A stretch of 63,766 nt of DNA, filler included, from Basidioascus undulatus (Eukaryota), in the NCBI GenBank assembly GCA_000826855.1. It is 7 parts of 7 records of this genome, joined end to end, with 100 filler letters (N's around TTAATTAATTAA, not from the genome) between each part and the next. Parts side by side here need not be neighbours in the genome. Positions count along the whole stretch, not along the records: positions 33,076 to 39,156 come from JTLS01001813.1; positions 39,257 to 45,337 come from JTLS01001814.1; positions 45,438 to 51,494 come from JTLS01001815.1; 4 more parts are not named here. The stretch is one strand, 5' to 3'. Below the pieces are notes generated by a model. It made no database searches and was not told the origin of the DNA. It saw only the letters and a list, made by a program, of their open reading frames with translations. Numbering within the stretch: the stretch's first letter is position 1; each line of letters opens with the position of its first letter. The position numbers and the translations under genes are program-made. Below are positions 36,060 through 50,146 of the stretch, piece by piece.

Positions 36060-36808
36060 ATGCCTCCCAAGTCTACCGTTGGGGAAAAGAAGCCCGCAAG
36101 TACCGCCGGAAAAGCCCCCGCGAGCAAGGTGCGTATTATCCCGCCCGACGCGTCCGAACGCAGACCGACTTACCCTTTTTTCGGCGCTCGCAGGCCCCCG
36201 CGTCCTCTGACGGCGGCGCGAAGAAGACCGCCAAGAAGCCGGCTGGGGACAGTGAGAAGAAGAAACGCACCAAGACGCGCAAGGAGACGTAGTGAGTCGC
36301 GTCTCTGCTGTCGGTGGACGGCCTGAGAGGCGGTGCTGACCTCCTTGCCCTCGGGACTCTTTGCCAGCTCGTCGTACATCTACAAGGTCCTCAAGCAGGT
36401 CCACCCCGACACGGGCATCTCCAACAAGGCGATGGCGATCCTCAACTCGGTGAGCGCCTTCCCCTCTCCCCTCCTCCCCTCTCGAGCTGGCTGGATTACT
36501 GACGTGTTGGCGGGGGATCAGTTCGTCAACGACATCTTCGAGCGCATCGCGACCGAGGCGTCCAAGCTCGCGTCGTACAACAAGAAGTCCACCATCTCGT
36601 CCCGCGAGATCCAGACTGCCGTCCGCCTCATCCTCCCCGGCGAGCTCTCCAAGCACGCGATCTCGGAGGGGACGAAGAGCGTCACCAAGTGCGTTTCCTT
36701 CTTCGCGCTCTTCTCCCTCCCTCCCTTCCCTCGCCACTCCCCGCCTCTCGACGCTGACCCCGCCCTACCCCCCTCCGCAGGTTCTCCGCCTCCGGCAAGG
36801 GCGTGTGA
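36060..36808 (+). CDS. HTB1: Histone H2B; four introns
   Basis: [71 protein letters not shown]. Confidence 0.97.
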
Positions 36809-37544
36809 ACTCTCGCGCGCGCCCCCCGCTCGCTCCTGCTGTCGTGTTGTTTCGTGTTGTATCTGATACGCCTTACCCGCCCCCTACATGTTGTACTTCT
36901 ACCTTCCCATGACGAGCCCTTCTTGACGAACATGACGCTCCCCTCGATTCGAACTGAACCATCATTCTGTTCGCGCTGATACCTCCCTTGAACGTATTGT
37001 GGGCTTATACGAACAAAATTATCGTGTTCGCTGTGGCCGGTGGTGTGCTTGGGTCGGTGGACGTGCAAATTGTTGTAGTCTGACTGCGGGCTTGTATAGG
37101 GGAATTGTACCCGCGCAGTCTGGACTGCACAGCTAATGCATTTCGAGGGGTGATCATGCGTAAGCCCCTTACCTGCCATTGTCTTTGTTTCAAGCCCATG
37201 TTTCTGGGTTTCGAAAGCAATGCAGGTACAACGGAGGCAGTAGCGAATGTGCAACGCTGCAGGTGGGACTGTGTGACTCACAGCGTGCTCCACAGTCTTC
37301 GGTCTTCGAGCTATCACCTCTCAGCCTGTTAATAGTAAAGCGTCTCAGGCAAGCAATCTAAGCTGAACCTTCAAGGGTTTACAGGCAGTCGATATGCACA
37401 TCGAGAAGTCGAACGTAATTTGGCGCTTCTGACTCAAACGCCAGACTCGACCGCGACTGCCCCTTCGTGCGCGCCCGCGTCCTCCAGCGCTTCTTGTCCG
37501 CGCTCCATCTTGTCCGCCTTGCCCATCGCCCAGCATACGCCCAC

Positions 37545-39156
37545 ATGGCGTCCTCGTCACGCCGAGCGGTCCCAGCGCCGCCGATGGATGTGTCGCACCG
37601 CTTCGAATCCATCTACCGCGAGTCTCCCGTGCCGAGGGTGCGTCTGCGTCTCGCGCTGCTCATTTGTCCTACATATGCGCGTTGCCGCGTTACTGATCTG
37701 CGAGAAGCTGTGACAGAGAATGGAAACTTTCTTGCAATCTTGGTCGGCCCATCCTCCATCGAATGCACCTCCCCCAGCACCAGTAACACCAGCACACCAC
37801 GCTCCACCCGCTCCACCTCCTCCGCCCGCGCCCGGGCACCCACAGCCCGCGCTCGGCACGTTCTCCTCCTCCGACCTCCAATGGCTCCTCTCGACCACCA
37901 CCCACGCCGCGCGCGTAAAGAACGAGGACGCGCCTCCTCGCCCTCCCGCGCCCGCGCCCGCCCCGAGCCACACGTACTCTGCCGAATTGGCAGGAGGGAC
38001 CTCGCTGCCCCCTCCGGGGGGGCGTCAGATCCTGCTCGAGCAGTGGCACATTGCGCGGCGGGCGTCGAGCAAGTCCGTCGAGGGCGTGATTCAGGTCCTC
38101 GGCGTCAAGCGCGCCGACGGCAAGCAGTGCCACAGCAGCGCGATCGCGGAGCGCAGGGGGCCGGGGGAGGTCATCACTGCGAGTGGGACGGTGTACGTGC
38201 TCGTGGGCCAGCTGGGCGAGAAGGGGTGCGAAGGTGCGTCGGGGACTCTCTCTCTTCAATGGCATGTAGGCTTAGGGATTGTGGGGGGGGAACAGGTTTC
38301 AAGCCTGGCACGGAGGACCTCTTCCGCCATGGGTTCCCCGAGAACTGGCTCGACATCCTCCGCGATCAAGGGCCCTATGACCTCTTCCAGGCGGCTCCTC
38401 CCCCTCTTCCTCCACAGTCCGTCCCGACTATCATCCCGCACTCTCCCTCCAAATCCGCCATCTCCCACGCCATCATCGTCCATCCCACCGAGCAAGCTCC
38501 ACCGCCTCCGACCGCCGACCCAGCACCCGCACCCGCACGCCGTAGTCATCCTAGAAAGACGCTTCCCGAACCCGCTCCCGCACCCGAGCCTGCAACTGCA
38601 CCTGTTCCCGCGCTGCCCGCGTCCCCGAAACGCAAGTCGAGCCGCCTGCGCAAGCCGCCCGTCGACCCTGCGGAGGTCGCGCCTGTGCCTGCAGACCCCA
38701 ACCCTCCTCCGCCCTCCGCCGCTGCTCACCAACCCGCCCCCTCCTCCACTTCCCACTCCGCCGCCACCGCCCCTGTCCCTGCCAAACGCCGCCGCACAGA
38801 AGTAACCGTCCTCATCCCCGTGCGCCGGCGCAAGTCGACGCGCGCTGCCGCAGCCGCATTCGCGGCGGATCAGACGCCTGTACCTGCACCCGCCCCGCCT
38901 GTGCCGCCCCCTCCGGCGCGGTTGGAGGATGCCGCTGGGACGGACGGCGCGGGTGTGAGAGGGCGTCAGGGCAAGGGCAAGGGCAAGGCGAAGGAGGTCG
39001 CCTTCGCCCCGGTCCCAGTTCCGGAGAAGGCGAAGGCGAATGAGAAGGAGGCGCCACCCAAGTGCCCGACCGTCCGTGGAGCGAGGGGGGGTCCGCCCGG
39101 CGTGCGCGTCACCCAGCTCCGGGCGGACGAAGACGGTGTGCGGTCCACCGAGTCGC
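37545..39156 (+). CDS. SANTA-domain protein (KNL2/M18BP1-like); 3' truncated by gap
   Basis: LEQWHI..CHSSAIAERR..VITASGTVYVLVGQL..GF..LFRHGFPENW matches the SANTA pattern; followed by a Pro/basic disordered region. Introns at about 37638-37716 and 38234-38295. Confidence 0.72.
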
Positions 39157-39256
39157 NNNNNNNNNNNNNNNNNNNNNNNNNNNNNNNNNNNNNNNNNNNN
39201 TTAATTAATTAANNNNNNNNNNNNNNNNNNNNNNNNNNNNNNNNNNNNNNNNNNNN
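39157..39256. other. Artificial contig linker
   Basis: N44-TTAATTAATTAA-N44. Confidence 0.98.
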
Positions 39257-40461
<1,205 letters not shown>

Positions 40462-41007
40462 GACTTTCGCGAGCGCAAGAGTGTGAGCGGCGAAAGCAAA
40501 CGAGCTTATCAATCGTAGTGCTCCCGAGGCGTGAGAGGCCGAAAGAGGAAGAGCAAGCAGGAAGAAGGTCACGCGTGCACCAAACGGGAAGTCGGGGCAT
40601 GGCTGCGAAGCGCGTGCCGCGGATGCGATCCGCGGAAATTTCATCATTGCGAGTTGGTGGCAGGCTTTGTACTGTCGACGATTGCTTGCGTTTGAACAAT
40701 GAAAAGGGAAGAGACATTATTGGGGTATGGATAGTTGGAATATGGCGCGGTGGTCGGAGAAGTGGGATGTCGATACTTCCTCGACACCCGGCATCGTCGG
40801 CGTCGTCGCTAGCACTGCAGCGGGTTGGGAACACCGCCTAGGTATTTCTTACGTGTTACAGTTTGAGAATTTGCGCCCTTATTTTAGAGCGTGCATGCGG
40901 CTACTCCTTTAGCGTTGCAGGACTTGTGACAGTCCCGCGATTGAGCTAGCCATTCAGTCTGGCAACGCGAACTCAAGCAAGATCTTGTGAAATGACCTAA
41001 GATGCGT

Positions 41008-41037
41008 TATATATATATATATAATATATATACATAT
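41008..41037. repeat. Imperfect (TA)n microsatellite
   Basis: ttatatatatatatataatatatatacatat. Confidence 0.85.
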
Positions 41038-41039
41038 GA

Positions 41040-42358
41040 AACGCCCTCCTCCGAGCCGATCGACATTCGCCGCCCAGAGCTGATGGTGCTGCTCGAAGCG
41101 AAGTTCAAATCCGGCGTTGAGCTGTATACGCGGGGCATCGCTGGACTCATTCATTCTCGGTACCCAAAAGCAGTCTTCACCGACTAGGTCCTGCTCAACG
41201 AGCGCAAGTACGTGTCTGTTCGCTATCCCCGACGGTGTTGCACTGACACACTGTTGGAACCTACCTCAGCTGGGAGATGCAGTGGTACGGCTTGCCCGAG
41301 GATCCGCCTCATGGCGAAGTGCGCCTTTTCGGCGATCCTAGTATTGTGCATGGATTTGCTTTGGTGCTCGTCGACCAAGCAGTCCTTGGGAACATCTCTG
41401 ACGTGAGCGCTTCAGAGCTGGGGCCGAACTTTGATCGCGACGAACGCGTTTGTTCAACTGGATCCGGCTTGCGAAAGCTTGTGGTGAGAGTGCGCGCCCC
41501 CGTACCACGTCTAGGACATGCTGACGCCTGTCGATCCCGCGCAGATTGGAGCGCCCGCAGTGTTTGCGATGAAGGAGCCCGATGCTTCCTGGGCAGATCC
41601 GGAATTCTTTGGAGAACCGCGTTGTCTGTGAGTAGTTATTATCCTTGCAGTAAGCTAGACAGTATTCTCAGAACCACCCATTTGGACAGTGGAAGTCGCG
41701 CACCGCAATCAGCCTCGGTCCGTGCTTTTGAAGGAAGTCAGCTTTGGAGCGCCTCGGGAGTCCATGTGAGTAGAATTTCGTATGCCAATGGATATTTGGG
41801 AGGGGTGAATGCGTCCCGCTCCTGCGCAGTGCCCGATTGAAGGAGACGAGGGCGAAGCGTTCAGCTAGTGCACGGGCGGCAGCTGACAGTGACTTGTCGC
41901 AGTGCATTGGGATTCTCGTGAAGCACCGAAAAAATTCGCGCGGCATGTTCAGGCACGCTCAAGTGCTGACGCTGGCTATCCTTCACTGACTCTGCTGATG
42001 GTCCTCACCTTCACAGCTACACGCCGCACATCACTGTCTACCTCTCTCAGCGCGGGAACCAGAATCTCTGCGACGTGCTGGAGTACGAGTACTGCCCTCC
42101 AGATAATCTCTCCGATAACGCTTGGGTACCAATGACGAGGGAAATCGAGGACGTCCAGGCGTACGACAGCCGCCATCACCGGCCGTGCGCGCCGCAGATG
42201 ATGGAGGGCGACAATGTGCCCATCGACATGGCCTGGTTCTAGGTGAAGACTGCACTACTTCGCTTCGGAAGTTGCCACTCCTTCTTTGCCTTCCAAAATT
42301 CGCCAGCTATCTCGCCCGTGTCGCGCTTATCGATAGCGAGCGACGTCAGGCCTCCTAG
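41040..42358 (+). pseudogene. Possible degenerate hypothetical gene
   Basis: Exon-like blocks (WYGLPEDPPHGEVRLFGDP..., WADPEFFGEPRCL) flanked by GT/AG sites; I could not build a clean start or a continuous frame. Confidence 0.3.
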
Positions 42359-43305
42359 TGACGCCTGCCCTCACTGTATCTGTAATCTACTTTCTCATGC
42401 TCCCTTGTCGTGCTTTCCAGTGTATTAAACTTCTATTGTTTTCTACCCTTGAAGAAGGCCCAAGGAATAAGAACGGACTCAGCAGCGATACACCTCATCG
42501 CGTCTCGCGATCATTCGCACAACCATTCACCTCTATGACCAACTCATCTAGCCCCTACCCCCTTTCTTCAAGGTCCTAGTAAGGACTACCATCTTCCAGG
42601 TATTAGGCGCAAGTGCTCCGACTCACAACCCTTTCTCCCGCTCCGCCTCCCTGCATACCGGCGCAAGGAGCAGGCATTTTGCGAGCTTCTCTCTTCATTC
42701 GGCCGCCTCGGCCACATTCCTTCTCACTATTATTCTTTTTCCTGCCAATTTCGGACCTGCGACCTTCCGCCCGCCTTCTAGACCACTCCCTCCTTCTCGA
42801 ACTCTCACTCTCGCCCCCTGCCCCCACGCGATTCCTTTTCAGCTCGCAATCTACAATGTACGGGACTTGCTCAGTTGAATGGCAGATTTTACCCGGCGGT
42901 TTTTCCAGCTCATACCAGTGTCGGGCGCCTTCCTTCCTGTTCGCTTATTTGCAAAGCTCCCTTGTAAGCTCCTCGCTGCGCGCTGCAATAAGAATGAGCG
43001 ATGGCCATGCGCTTTGCAGTCTCTACTCTCTTTTTATCCTTAATTTTCTGAATATTACTCATTTTCCTCTTTTTTTCGGACCTATGCGATGAGCTCCCAA
43101 GGTTGTCACCTGCGCAGCCAACTGTCGAGGCACAAGGATGATTCTGACCGTCAGGCACTTCATTTGCGTCCACTCCTTCACCCAATACAGAATGTGCCAT
43201 AGAACATCCCAGATAAATTTCTGTCAATATCGTCTATTCATGGCAGAAGAATTGTACACAGTCGTCCGAATGGTTGTCCGTCCCGGCTGTCGCCCGAGCG
43301 GGGTC

Positions 43306-44008
43306 CTATCCCGCGGCTGCTGCAACTCTCTGCGAGAAATATGACACGCCTCAGAGACAGGTCTGACCAAGTTAGGCTGTACGAGTATGTTACCTTCATA
43401 TCTTGCCGCGTTACCTCGGAGTAGATGAAAACGAGGATGAGGAAGATTTCGTCCTGCTTCGCGTCCGCGCGAATCTCCAGGAGCGGCACCTCGTCTTCCT
43501 TGAGAAGGTATCGGTGGTAGGGAAGGAATCGCGCTGAGGGTATTGCCGAAGTGTGGTCGTGTATGGCCTATGGGTCGACAGCGTGGACTGTATCAGAACT
43601 GATCGTGCGTCTCGCTGGCAAGCGACAGCCTCACCTTCCACTCGTTCTTGCTGAACTTGAGCTTGTACTCGTTACTCCATTTCGCCCAGCGCCAGTGTCG
43701 GGAACTGCACTCAGAATGGTTAGTAATGAATCTTGGGGCTCGCCACCCAGAGAAACGACTTGCGTGCTCCAAACGCCTCCTTTGTTCACCTTGATATCCC
43801 GCGTCGTCATGCTCTTCCCCTGTACTTCGAGCGCACCCTCCCTCCAGTAGATTGCCCCGACTTGCGAGTTGTCATCTGCCTTCCGCAGGACAGTAGCTTT
43901 GGGACCCCGACGCTCGGGCGTCGTTGATATCGTGTAGAGCGGCTGGGTGTTCTGCGCAGAGCGGATCGTCGCGTTGAAGATATCATCCGAGTCGAAGAAA
44001 GCTTGCAT
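43306..44008 (-). CDS. DUF6593-like basidiomycete protein
   Basis: DDIFNATI..PLYTIST..VGAIYW..SRHWRW..EYKLKF..LLEI..FLILVFIYSE; this layout resembles the family. Confidence 0.6.
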
Positions 44009-44738
44009 GCCGTGGACGGGAGAGTCAAATTCACGAAAGTCTGAGATACTGTGGATGTACGCGAGCTGAAGCGCAATGTATCCGAGTGCTTTATCAACGT
44101 CCAGCGTGAATGCCTACTCACGGACCCAGGGCGAACTCCGCATTGCACGCGGTGGTTTCGCCACCTCCATTGGCGAATCCGTGCACATCTCAAGGATCTT
44201 GATTGAGAACCTCTCAAATCGTGCTCATAGCTTGAGCGCAGGAGCGCCTTTCGTGCACAGCGCGGTCCCCCCGCACGCACTGATGCCTGCGCTTGCCAGT
44301 GGCTCTCAACCTTGGGTTCGGTCGCCGCAAGTACCGCTTTAGGAGCACTGCACTACGTTATCACATAAAGCGTGTTGCCTACAAGACAAATACTATCAGC
44401 ATTAGGTCGAGGGCCAGCAAAGCCAGATGAGTGCATGCGGCCGAGGGCGAATGGATGGACAAGCGAATGCAGTCCTTCGACGAAAAGCCCATCCACAGCG
44501 GCTTCCGAACTGGTTTTGTGTTCTTTCACTCCTCAAGAAACGAATGAACACCTTTAGTTTCTGGCACCACCACCGATTGATGTTCCGATCACAGCCCCAA
44601 CCCGAGGACACCACCCATGACTTCCACCCAGCTGGTACCAGGCCTCTGTTCTTCCTGCTCAACAGGCTTTGCAGCACAACATTCCTCGCATCAAATAGCG
44701 ACCCCTTCGACAGGCACATCAACCCTTCCCATTCCCAT

Positions 44739-45337
44739 TCAAAGCCTCCCCACCTCATCCACCAGATCCCTGATCCGCTGCTCCGCGCCCTGCCTCACCG
44801 CCGCCGCGCGCGCGAGGTCCTTCCCGCGCTTGACCTGCGCGGGGAAGCCCTCCTTCGCGTGGAGCTGTAAAACAGACCAAAAGGGCTTCATCAGCAAAAA
44901 AGGAGGAAATGTGGGTAAGGATGGAAGAAGCGACGGACGAGGTTCCCGAATGCCACGAGCGCGCGGTAAATCGTCTCGCTGTCCGCTTGCTCCTTCTCCA
45001 AGACCTACATCCACGCCGTACCGTTCGTGTCAGATAACGCGCACGACGGGAATTTGCTACGAGAATGAGGGAGGGCGCACCAGTTGCACAACGTTCAGCA
45101 GTTTCGTCCCCGCTGTAGGGCTGGGGAGCTTGCCCGTGACGGCCAAGACCGAGTAGCTGTGCCACAACCACCGGTCGAGTCGCATCAGCGGGCGTTTTGC
45201 GTGACCGGGCGATCGAGATGAGGAAAACGAAACGCACTTGAACGCAACGCTCGCAAACGCGACCCTCGCGAGTTTGTTCAGCCCCTCCCACTGTGCCTGC
45301 GCCAGCGCGTCGAGCGTCTTCCCGCCGCACCCGCCGC
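44739..45337 (-). CDS. 3' fragment of a hypothetical protein
   Basis: Spliceable exons (TLDALAQAQWEGLNKLARVAF|YSVLAVTGKLP..|..RIRDLVDEVGRL stop) with canonical introns. Confidence 0.55.
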
Positions 45338-45437
45338 NNNNNNNNNNNNNNNNNNNNNNNNNNNNNNNNNNNNNNNNNNNNTTAATTAATTAANNNNNNN
45401 NNNNNNNNNNNNNNNNNNNNNNNNNNNNNNNNNNNNN
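45338..45437. other. Artificial contig linker
   Basis: N44-TTAATTAATTAA-N44. Confidence 0.98.
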
Positions 45438-45664
45438 AAATATAGCCCAAAACAGGCCAGAAAACTCTTCATTATCCGTCGCAGGAGAGGTCCATAATAG
45501 TGTGCCTCTGGAAAGACCTTCGAAGAGCTTACGGGCAGCCTCCGCTTCATGGCAGTCCGGCCTTTCGAGCCGCTGCGCCGTCGGCAATCCCACTGTGTCT
45601 ACAAAAGTCTATCTACTGAAGCGTACGAACTGACATGGAAAACGTACCCGCCATCCTGCAGTAC

Positions 45665-46135
45665 AGCGGGCGGCGCAGCTGGATAAGCGCACGCCTGTGA
45701 GCGCGTTCACGATGCAGGTCAGGGCAGACGGCCTGGCGAGGCCGTGCACCTTCCTACTCGAGGAGGGAAGCCAGGGCCCCGCGTGCGGGCTTCTGGCCCG
45801 CTCCACCATCCTCATAGCGCCTGACGTCACGCTCGTGCGAGGGGAGGAGTGGGAGGTGCCAGCGGACTCCCAACCACGCGAAGGTGCCGCAGTCGCGTAC
45901 TCTGTGGACCTGGCACTCCCTGAGACCGGGCTCTACTCTACGGTGTGGACCTCAAAGAGCGGGCGCCCTCTTCACCTTACCGTGAGATCCAGAGCGGAAT
46001 GGACATGCGAATTCCATAGCCACAACGGACAGGTATCAGTCCCAGCTTTACTTCTCATGGGGAGTAATTAGCGATCTGATTGTTTGTGGGTGTGGACTGT
46101 GACAGGTCGCTTTAAGGTGCAGCCGCAGAGCATAA
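45665..46135 (+). CDS. Possible 3' part of a hypothetical protein
   Basis: Open exon of more than 120 aa ending at a GTATCA donor, then a short terminal exon; no family recognised. Confidence 0.35.
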
Positions 46136-46285
46136 AGAAGAACGCGCATGTGGTGCAAAGTCTGTGTCTAGAAATACAGGGGTACATGATACAAAGGTCG
46201 AAGTGTTACAGTCTATGTGTAGTCTATGCGTTGTACATGTACGAAATGGACAGTCTATTGAGCGAGTAGACTTAGAAATAGGTCT

Positions 46286-47847
46286 TCAAAGCTCGCTGTA
46301 ACACTTGTGGATCTGGTTGCCACCCTCGTACTCAGTCTTGAGCTTGTGGCTTGGCTCCTTGCAGCTGTGTAAGTAGACTGTGTAAGCTTCTAATGTGGGT
46401 AAAAATATGGAAGAAGAACAAGAGAAAAACTCACACAGCCTCGCACCCGTGCTCGTCCTTCCACTCCGCGCCCTCGCCGCACAGCTTGCCAGGGCACTTC
46501 TGCGGGCGGGCGCCCGAGCCAAACTTCTTGGACTCGTACTTTTCGTTCATCTCGTGCTTCTCCTCCTCGTAGTGGAACGCGGGGGCCGGCGGGGCGTAGG
46601 CGTGCTCCTCGGGCTTCTTGCACTCGTGCTCGTGCTCACCGACGCACTCCGGCTTGTGCTCCTCCTTGGGCTTTTCGTAAACCTCGGGCTTCTTCACCTC
46701 AGGCTTGTGCTCCTGGGGCTTCTCGTAGAGCTCCGGCTTCTTCTCCTCCGGCTTGGGCTTCTCCTGGGGCTTCTCGTACAGCTCGGGCTTCTTCTCAGCG
46801 GGCTTGTACTCCTCCTTGGGCTTTTCGTAGGCGGGCTTGTGCTCCTCTACTTTCGGCTTCTCGTACACCTTAGGCTTCTTCTCGGGCACCTTCTCCTTCT
46901 TCTCCTCGTAGTAGACCTTCTTGCTCTCCTCGGAGGTCTTCTTGTTCTCCTCGACCACCATCTTGCTCTCCTGGTACGCGGGAGTCTCCTTGCCGCACTT
47001 CGGGTGCGCAGCCTCCTTGGCGCAGTGCGGGTGCTCCTCCGGGTGCTCGGCGTAGTACACCTTGGCGGGCTTCTTACACTCCTCCTTGGGGACGAACTTC
47101 TGGACCTGTGTGAAGTTCAAAGGACTGTGTGTCATTCGGTTGCCCCCTGAAAGCGACAGGGAACTGAGGAAAGGTGGGCGCACAGTGACCTCGTAGTCGT
47201 AGTCGTACTCCGGCTTGTGCGAGCACTTGGATTCCTCCTCGTGCCACTCTTGCCTGAAAAGAGGGAAGCGGCATGTCAGTTAGAAATGTCCCTTGCTACG
47301 CAGTGAAGAGAAATAGATAGACTCACCACTCGTTCTTCTTGCAGTATTCCTCGCACTCCTTCTTGTCCTTGCCCCAGTACCCGCCGTGGTGGTAGTCGCC
47401 CTGGTCCTCATAGTGGATCTCCCACAGATCCTCATCCTCCTCGTCCTCCTCATCATCGTCCTCGTCGCTCTCCTCATCGTCCTCCTCCTCCCCGCGGCGC
47501 GCGATCCACCGCCGTCCCTTGCCTGCCTTGGTCTTATGATGCTTAAAGTTCTCCATCTGGAAGTCGAGGTTCGTGTCCACGCTGTTCTTGATGTTGATCG
47601 GCTGCTCCGCCGCCTCCTCCTCCTGCTTCTTGGGCTCGGGGGCCCTGAGCGCCTGGATCGGCGGGCGGGAGGGAGCCTTCGCGGCGGCGGCGGGACCGGG
47701 GCGGGATGAGGAGGGCTTTTCGGCCGAGTTGAGGGAGTTGGAGGAGGGGAAGCGGGTCATGGGGATGCCGAGCAAAGGGAAGGCGATCGAGGGCGCCGAG
47801 AGGGCGATGAACGCCAGGGCGAGCGTGCGTGGCGTGGAGGGCTGCAT
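46286..47847 (-). CDS. Secreted Glu/Lys/Pro/Tyr-rich repeat protein with Cys-rich flanks
   Basis: Signal peptide MQPSTPRTLALAFIALSAPSIA; dibasic RR sites; acidic tract; YEKP repeats; three introns; ends HKCYSEL stop; TATAAAA near 47960. Confidence 0.8.
46660..46900 (-). repeat. Coding tandem repeats, about 16-aa unit (YEKPxExKPExKKPEx)
   Basis: YEKPKEEYKPAEKKPEL / YEKPQEKPKPEEKKPEL / YEKPQEHKPEVKKPEV / YEKPKEEHKP. Confidence 0.85.
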
Positions 47848-49406
47848 GGTTGTTTGTGGGATTGAGTGGTGGAAAGCAGAGCGGAAGAGTGGTCGAGAGG
47901 CGGATGAGGAGAAGATGTGAGTGCTTGAGATAGGGACTCTGAGCAACCTGCAGGCTAGGCTTTTATATGATCCGGCCGAGGGAGGCCTCTGTGTTCATTT
48001 GGGGCCAGGGACATCCGGTTTTGCCTAGAAGTCCAAGGGGCCTCTTGGGTAACGAGAAGTCAGAATGTCCACGCAGCCTCCAGGGTCGCCGCCGAGCTTC
48101 AAGGGGGCGAAGGGGCAACTCCGGAATGTGAGCGAGACTGCGTTTCTACATCGCTTGAGGATTATGATGTTGTATTTATGGGAGCGAAAACGGTCCCACT
48201 GTGTGTGTTGTCAGGGGGTACTCCCTGCGGAGAAACAGGCCTGCAAACGGCAGTCGAGGAATGTCGGCACCCGCTGCGCACCTTTGATCAGGCATACCTG
48301 TGGGCCTGCACAGCCTGAATCATCCCCTAGGAGTGAACTAGCAATGGAGTTGCTGCCTTTTTGGCGCAGCCATGCGGTTGTCGTCGTTTACAGCGGGCGG
48401 CCTGTCGTTTTCAGCAGGCGGCCTCTCGCGCAGCCGAGATTGTGGAGCAGCACGCCGCATGTCGTAGTTGCAGAAGGGTCTAGCATTACATTGTATATTA
48501 CACTCTCGAGGTTTAATCGACCTTAGCTCCAGTCTGAGACTCCGAGGCCTGCAGAGTCTTCTCGTGGGCGGGCGAGCTCCGGTATGGCTGATCAGGCCCG
48601 GCCAATCGACGCACAGCCGTGCTGGGACTTGATAGGCAGGCCACTGCAATTTTCAATACCACGATCCTAAGGATACATTTTTTTTGTCATGACTGCATGC
48701 GTCCGAAGAAAGCACGCGCACAGCTACACCAGCGAACCGATACGGCGAGCCATGTCTACCTCTGCAGTTACGTCTGCGAGACGCTTCAGCATCCGCCGGG
48801 CTGTTTAGTGACTGGGTAAGAGACCGCGAAGGAACGAGTTGTTACTATCAAGGCGTCCAATATTCCTCCGAGTCGGAGGCCGAACGACACCTTGAATTGC
48901 CTTGCTGATCATGAACGATGCAGCCGCTAATCCACCGTCGCTTGCATGCGCCACCCATGCACGCCCATCTCTACCCTGAAAGCCCGAAGTTGAGATGGCC
49001 CACACCGTGCTCAGCAGTCCGGCCATCTGGCGTCCGCCAGACTGCGTAGCCAATCGCATGCGCAGTTCCTCAGCTACTCTCGTCGACCCGGCCCGGCTGA
49101 TCGCTGAACGCACAAGCGCAAGACGGAAGTGGAGGATGTTTAAGTCCCGAATGAAGCGACAGCAGAGTACCTGCCGCTGAGCTTAATGACCCGAGGCCCC
49201 GAGGCTCACCCTCGCCGTGGACCGTCTGCCATCTCTTTCAATTGCCCACGTTGCTCAGCTCATGCGGGGTACTCCTCTTGTTGCTCTTCATATCATTATA
49301 CCATCCCTCTCCTCATCCCTCATCCCTACCCCACCCCCTCGCCGCTCACCACAGTCCACCTCACCTCACTCCGACCCGACCCGATCCTGCCAGCCCCGCC
49401 AACCCC

Positions 49407-50146
49407 TCAGTCCATCCGCGCCTTCAGCGTGCGCGTAATGATCTTGTCCGCCGTACTGTTCGCCCCACCACCGCCGTGTACCTCTCAGCCTCGGAACCTC
49501 CTGCTCGGGATCCGTTACAAAGGCGCAAAAGAAGGACGAGGACGGAAAGGGGGAAGGTAGGGAAGTTGGAGGAGGGAGGGAAGAGGGGAGAGGGGAGAGG
49601 GGAGCAAGGGGAGCAGAGATGCTGGGTGGGATGGGAGAAGAGAGGGAGAAAAGAAAAAACACGCACATGACGTGCACGACCGCGCCCCAGCCCGAGAGTG
49701 CGTCGCGGTCGACGGCGTTGAGGAGCGTCTGGGAGATGGTCTCGAAGAGGTCCTCGGATTCCTGTTTCACTCCATCCTAAGTCAGCACTGCTTCCTGCTT
49801 CTCTCGCAAGCTCGCTGTCTCCCTCCCAAACCACCCAAGAGTCCGACCGAACGAACGCACCAGTTCCGGTTCCCACAGTGCCTCCGCGACACCAAACAGC
49901 TTATCGCTGGCCGTCCCACTGACGACGAAATCCTTCGCGAAGTTCAAGCACCCGATGAGATCCGTCGCAGCGATGAACGGCTCGTTCGTCGTCTCGTCGA
50001 GCCCCGCGATGACGGGCTCGACAAAGTAGGGGGACCACCGCCGCTCGTACAGCGTGGAGGCGACGAGGCGCGCGAAGGTCAGCGGAGAGATGTCCCGCGA
50101 CTCTTTCATCTTGTACATGTTCGTGCGGAAGCGGAAGCGTTCTTTA
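49407..50146 (-). CDS. PUP3: 20S proteasome subunit beta-3; 5' exons not recoverable
   Basis: FRFRTNMYKMKE, LYERRWSPYFVEPVIAGL, DLIGCLNFAKDFVVSGTAS, LFETISQTLLNAVDRDALSGWGA, RTLKARMD stop. Confidence 0.92.

Noticed and set aside
37467..39212. 581-aa single ORF as one gene
   Set aside because: It reads through introns and into the gap; its middle part is out of frame with the SANTA-encoding exon.
46395..47150. 251-aa Leu-rich membrane-like ORF on +
   Set aside because: Antisense shadow of the GAG/AAG-rich repeat protein on the minus strand.
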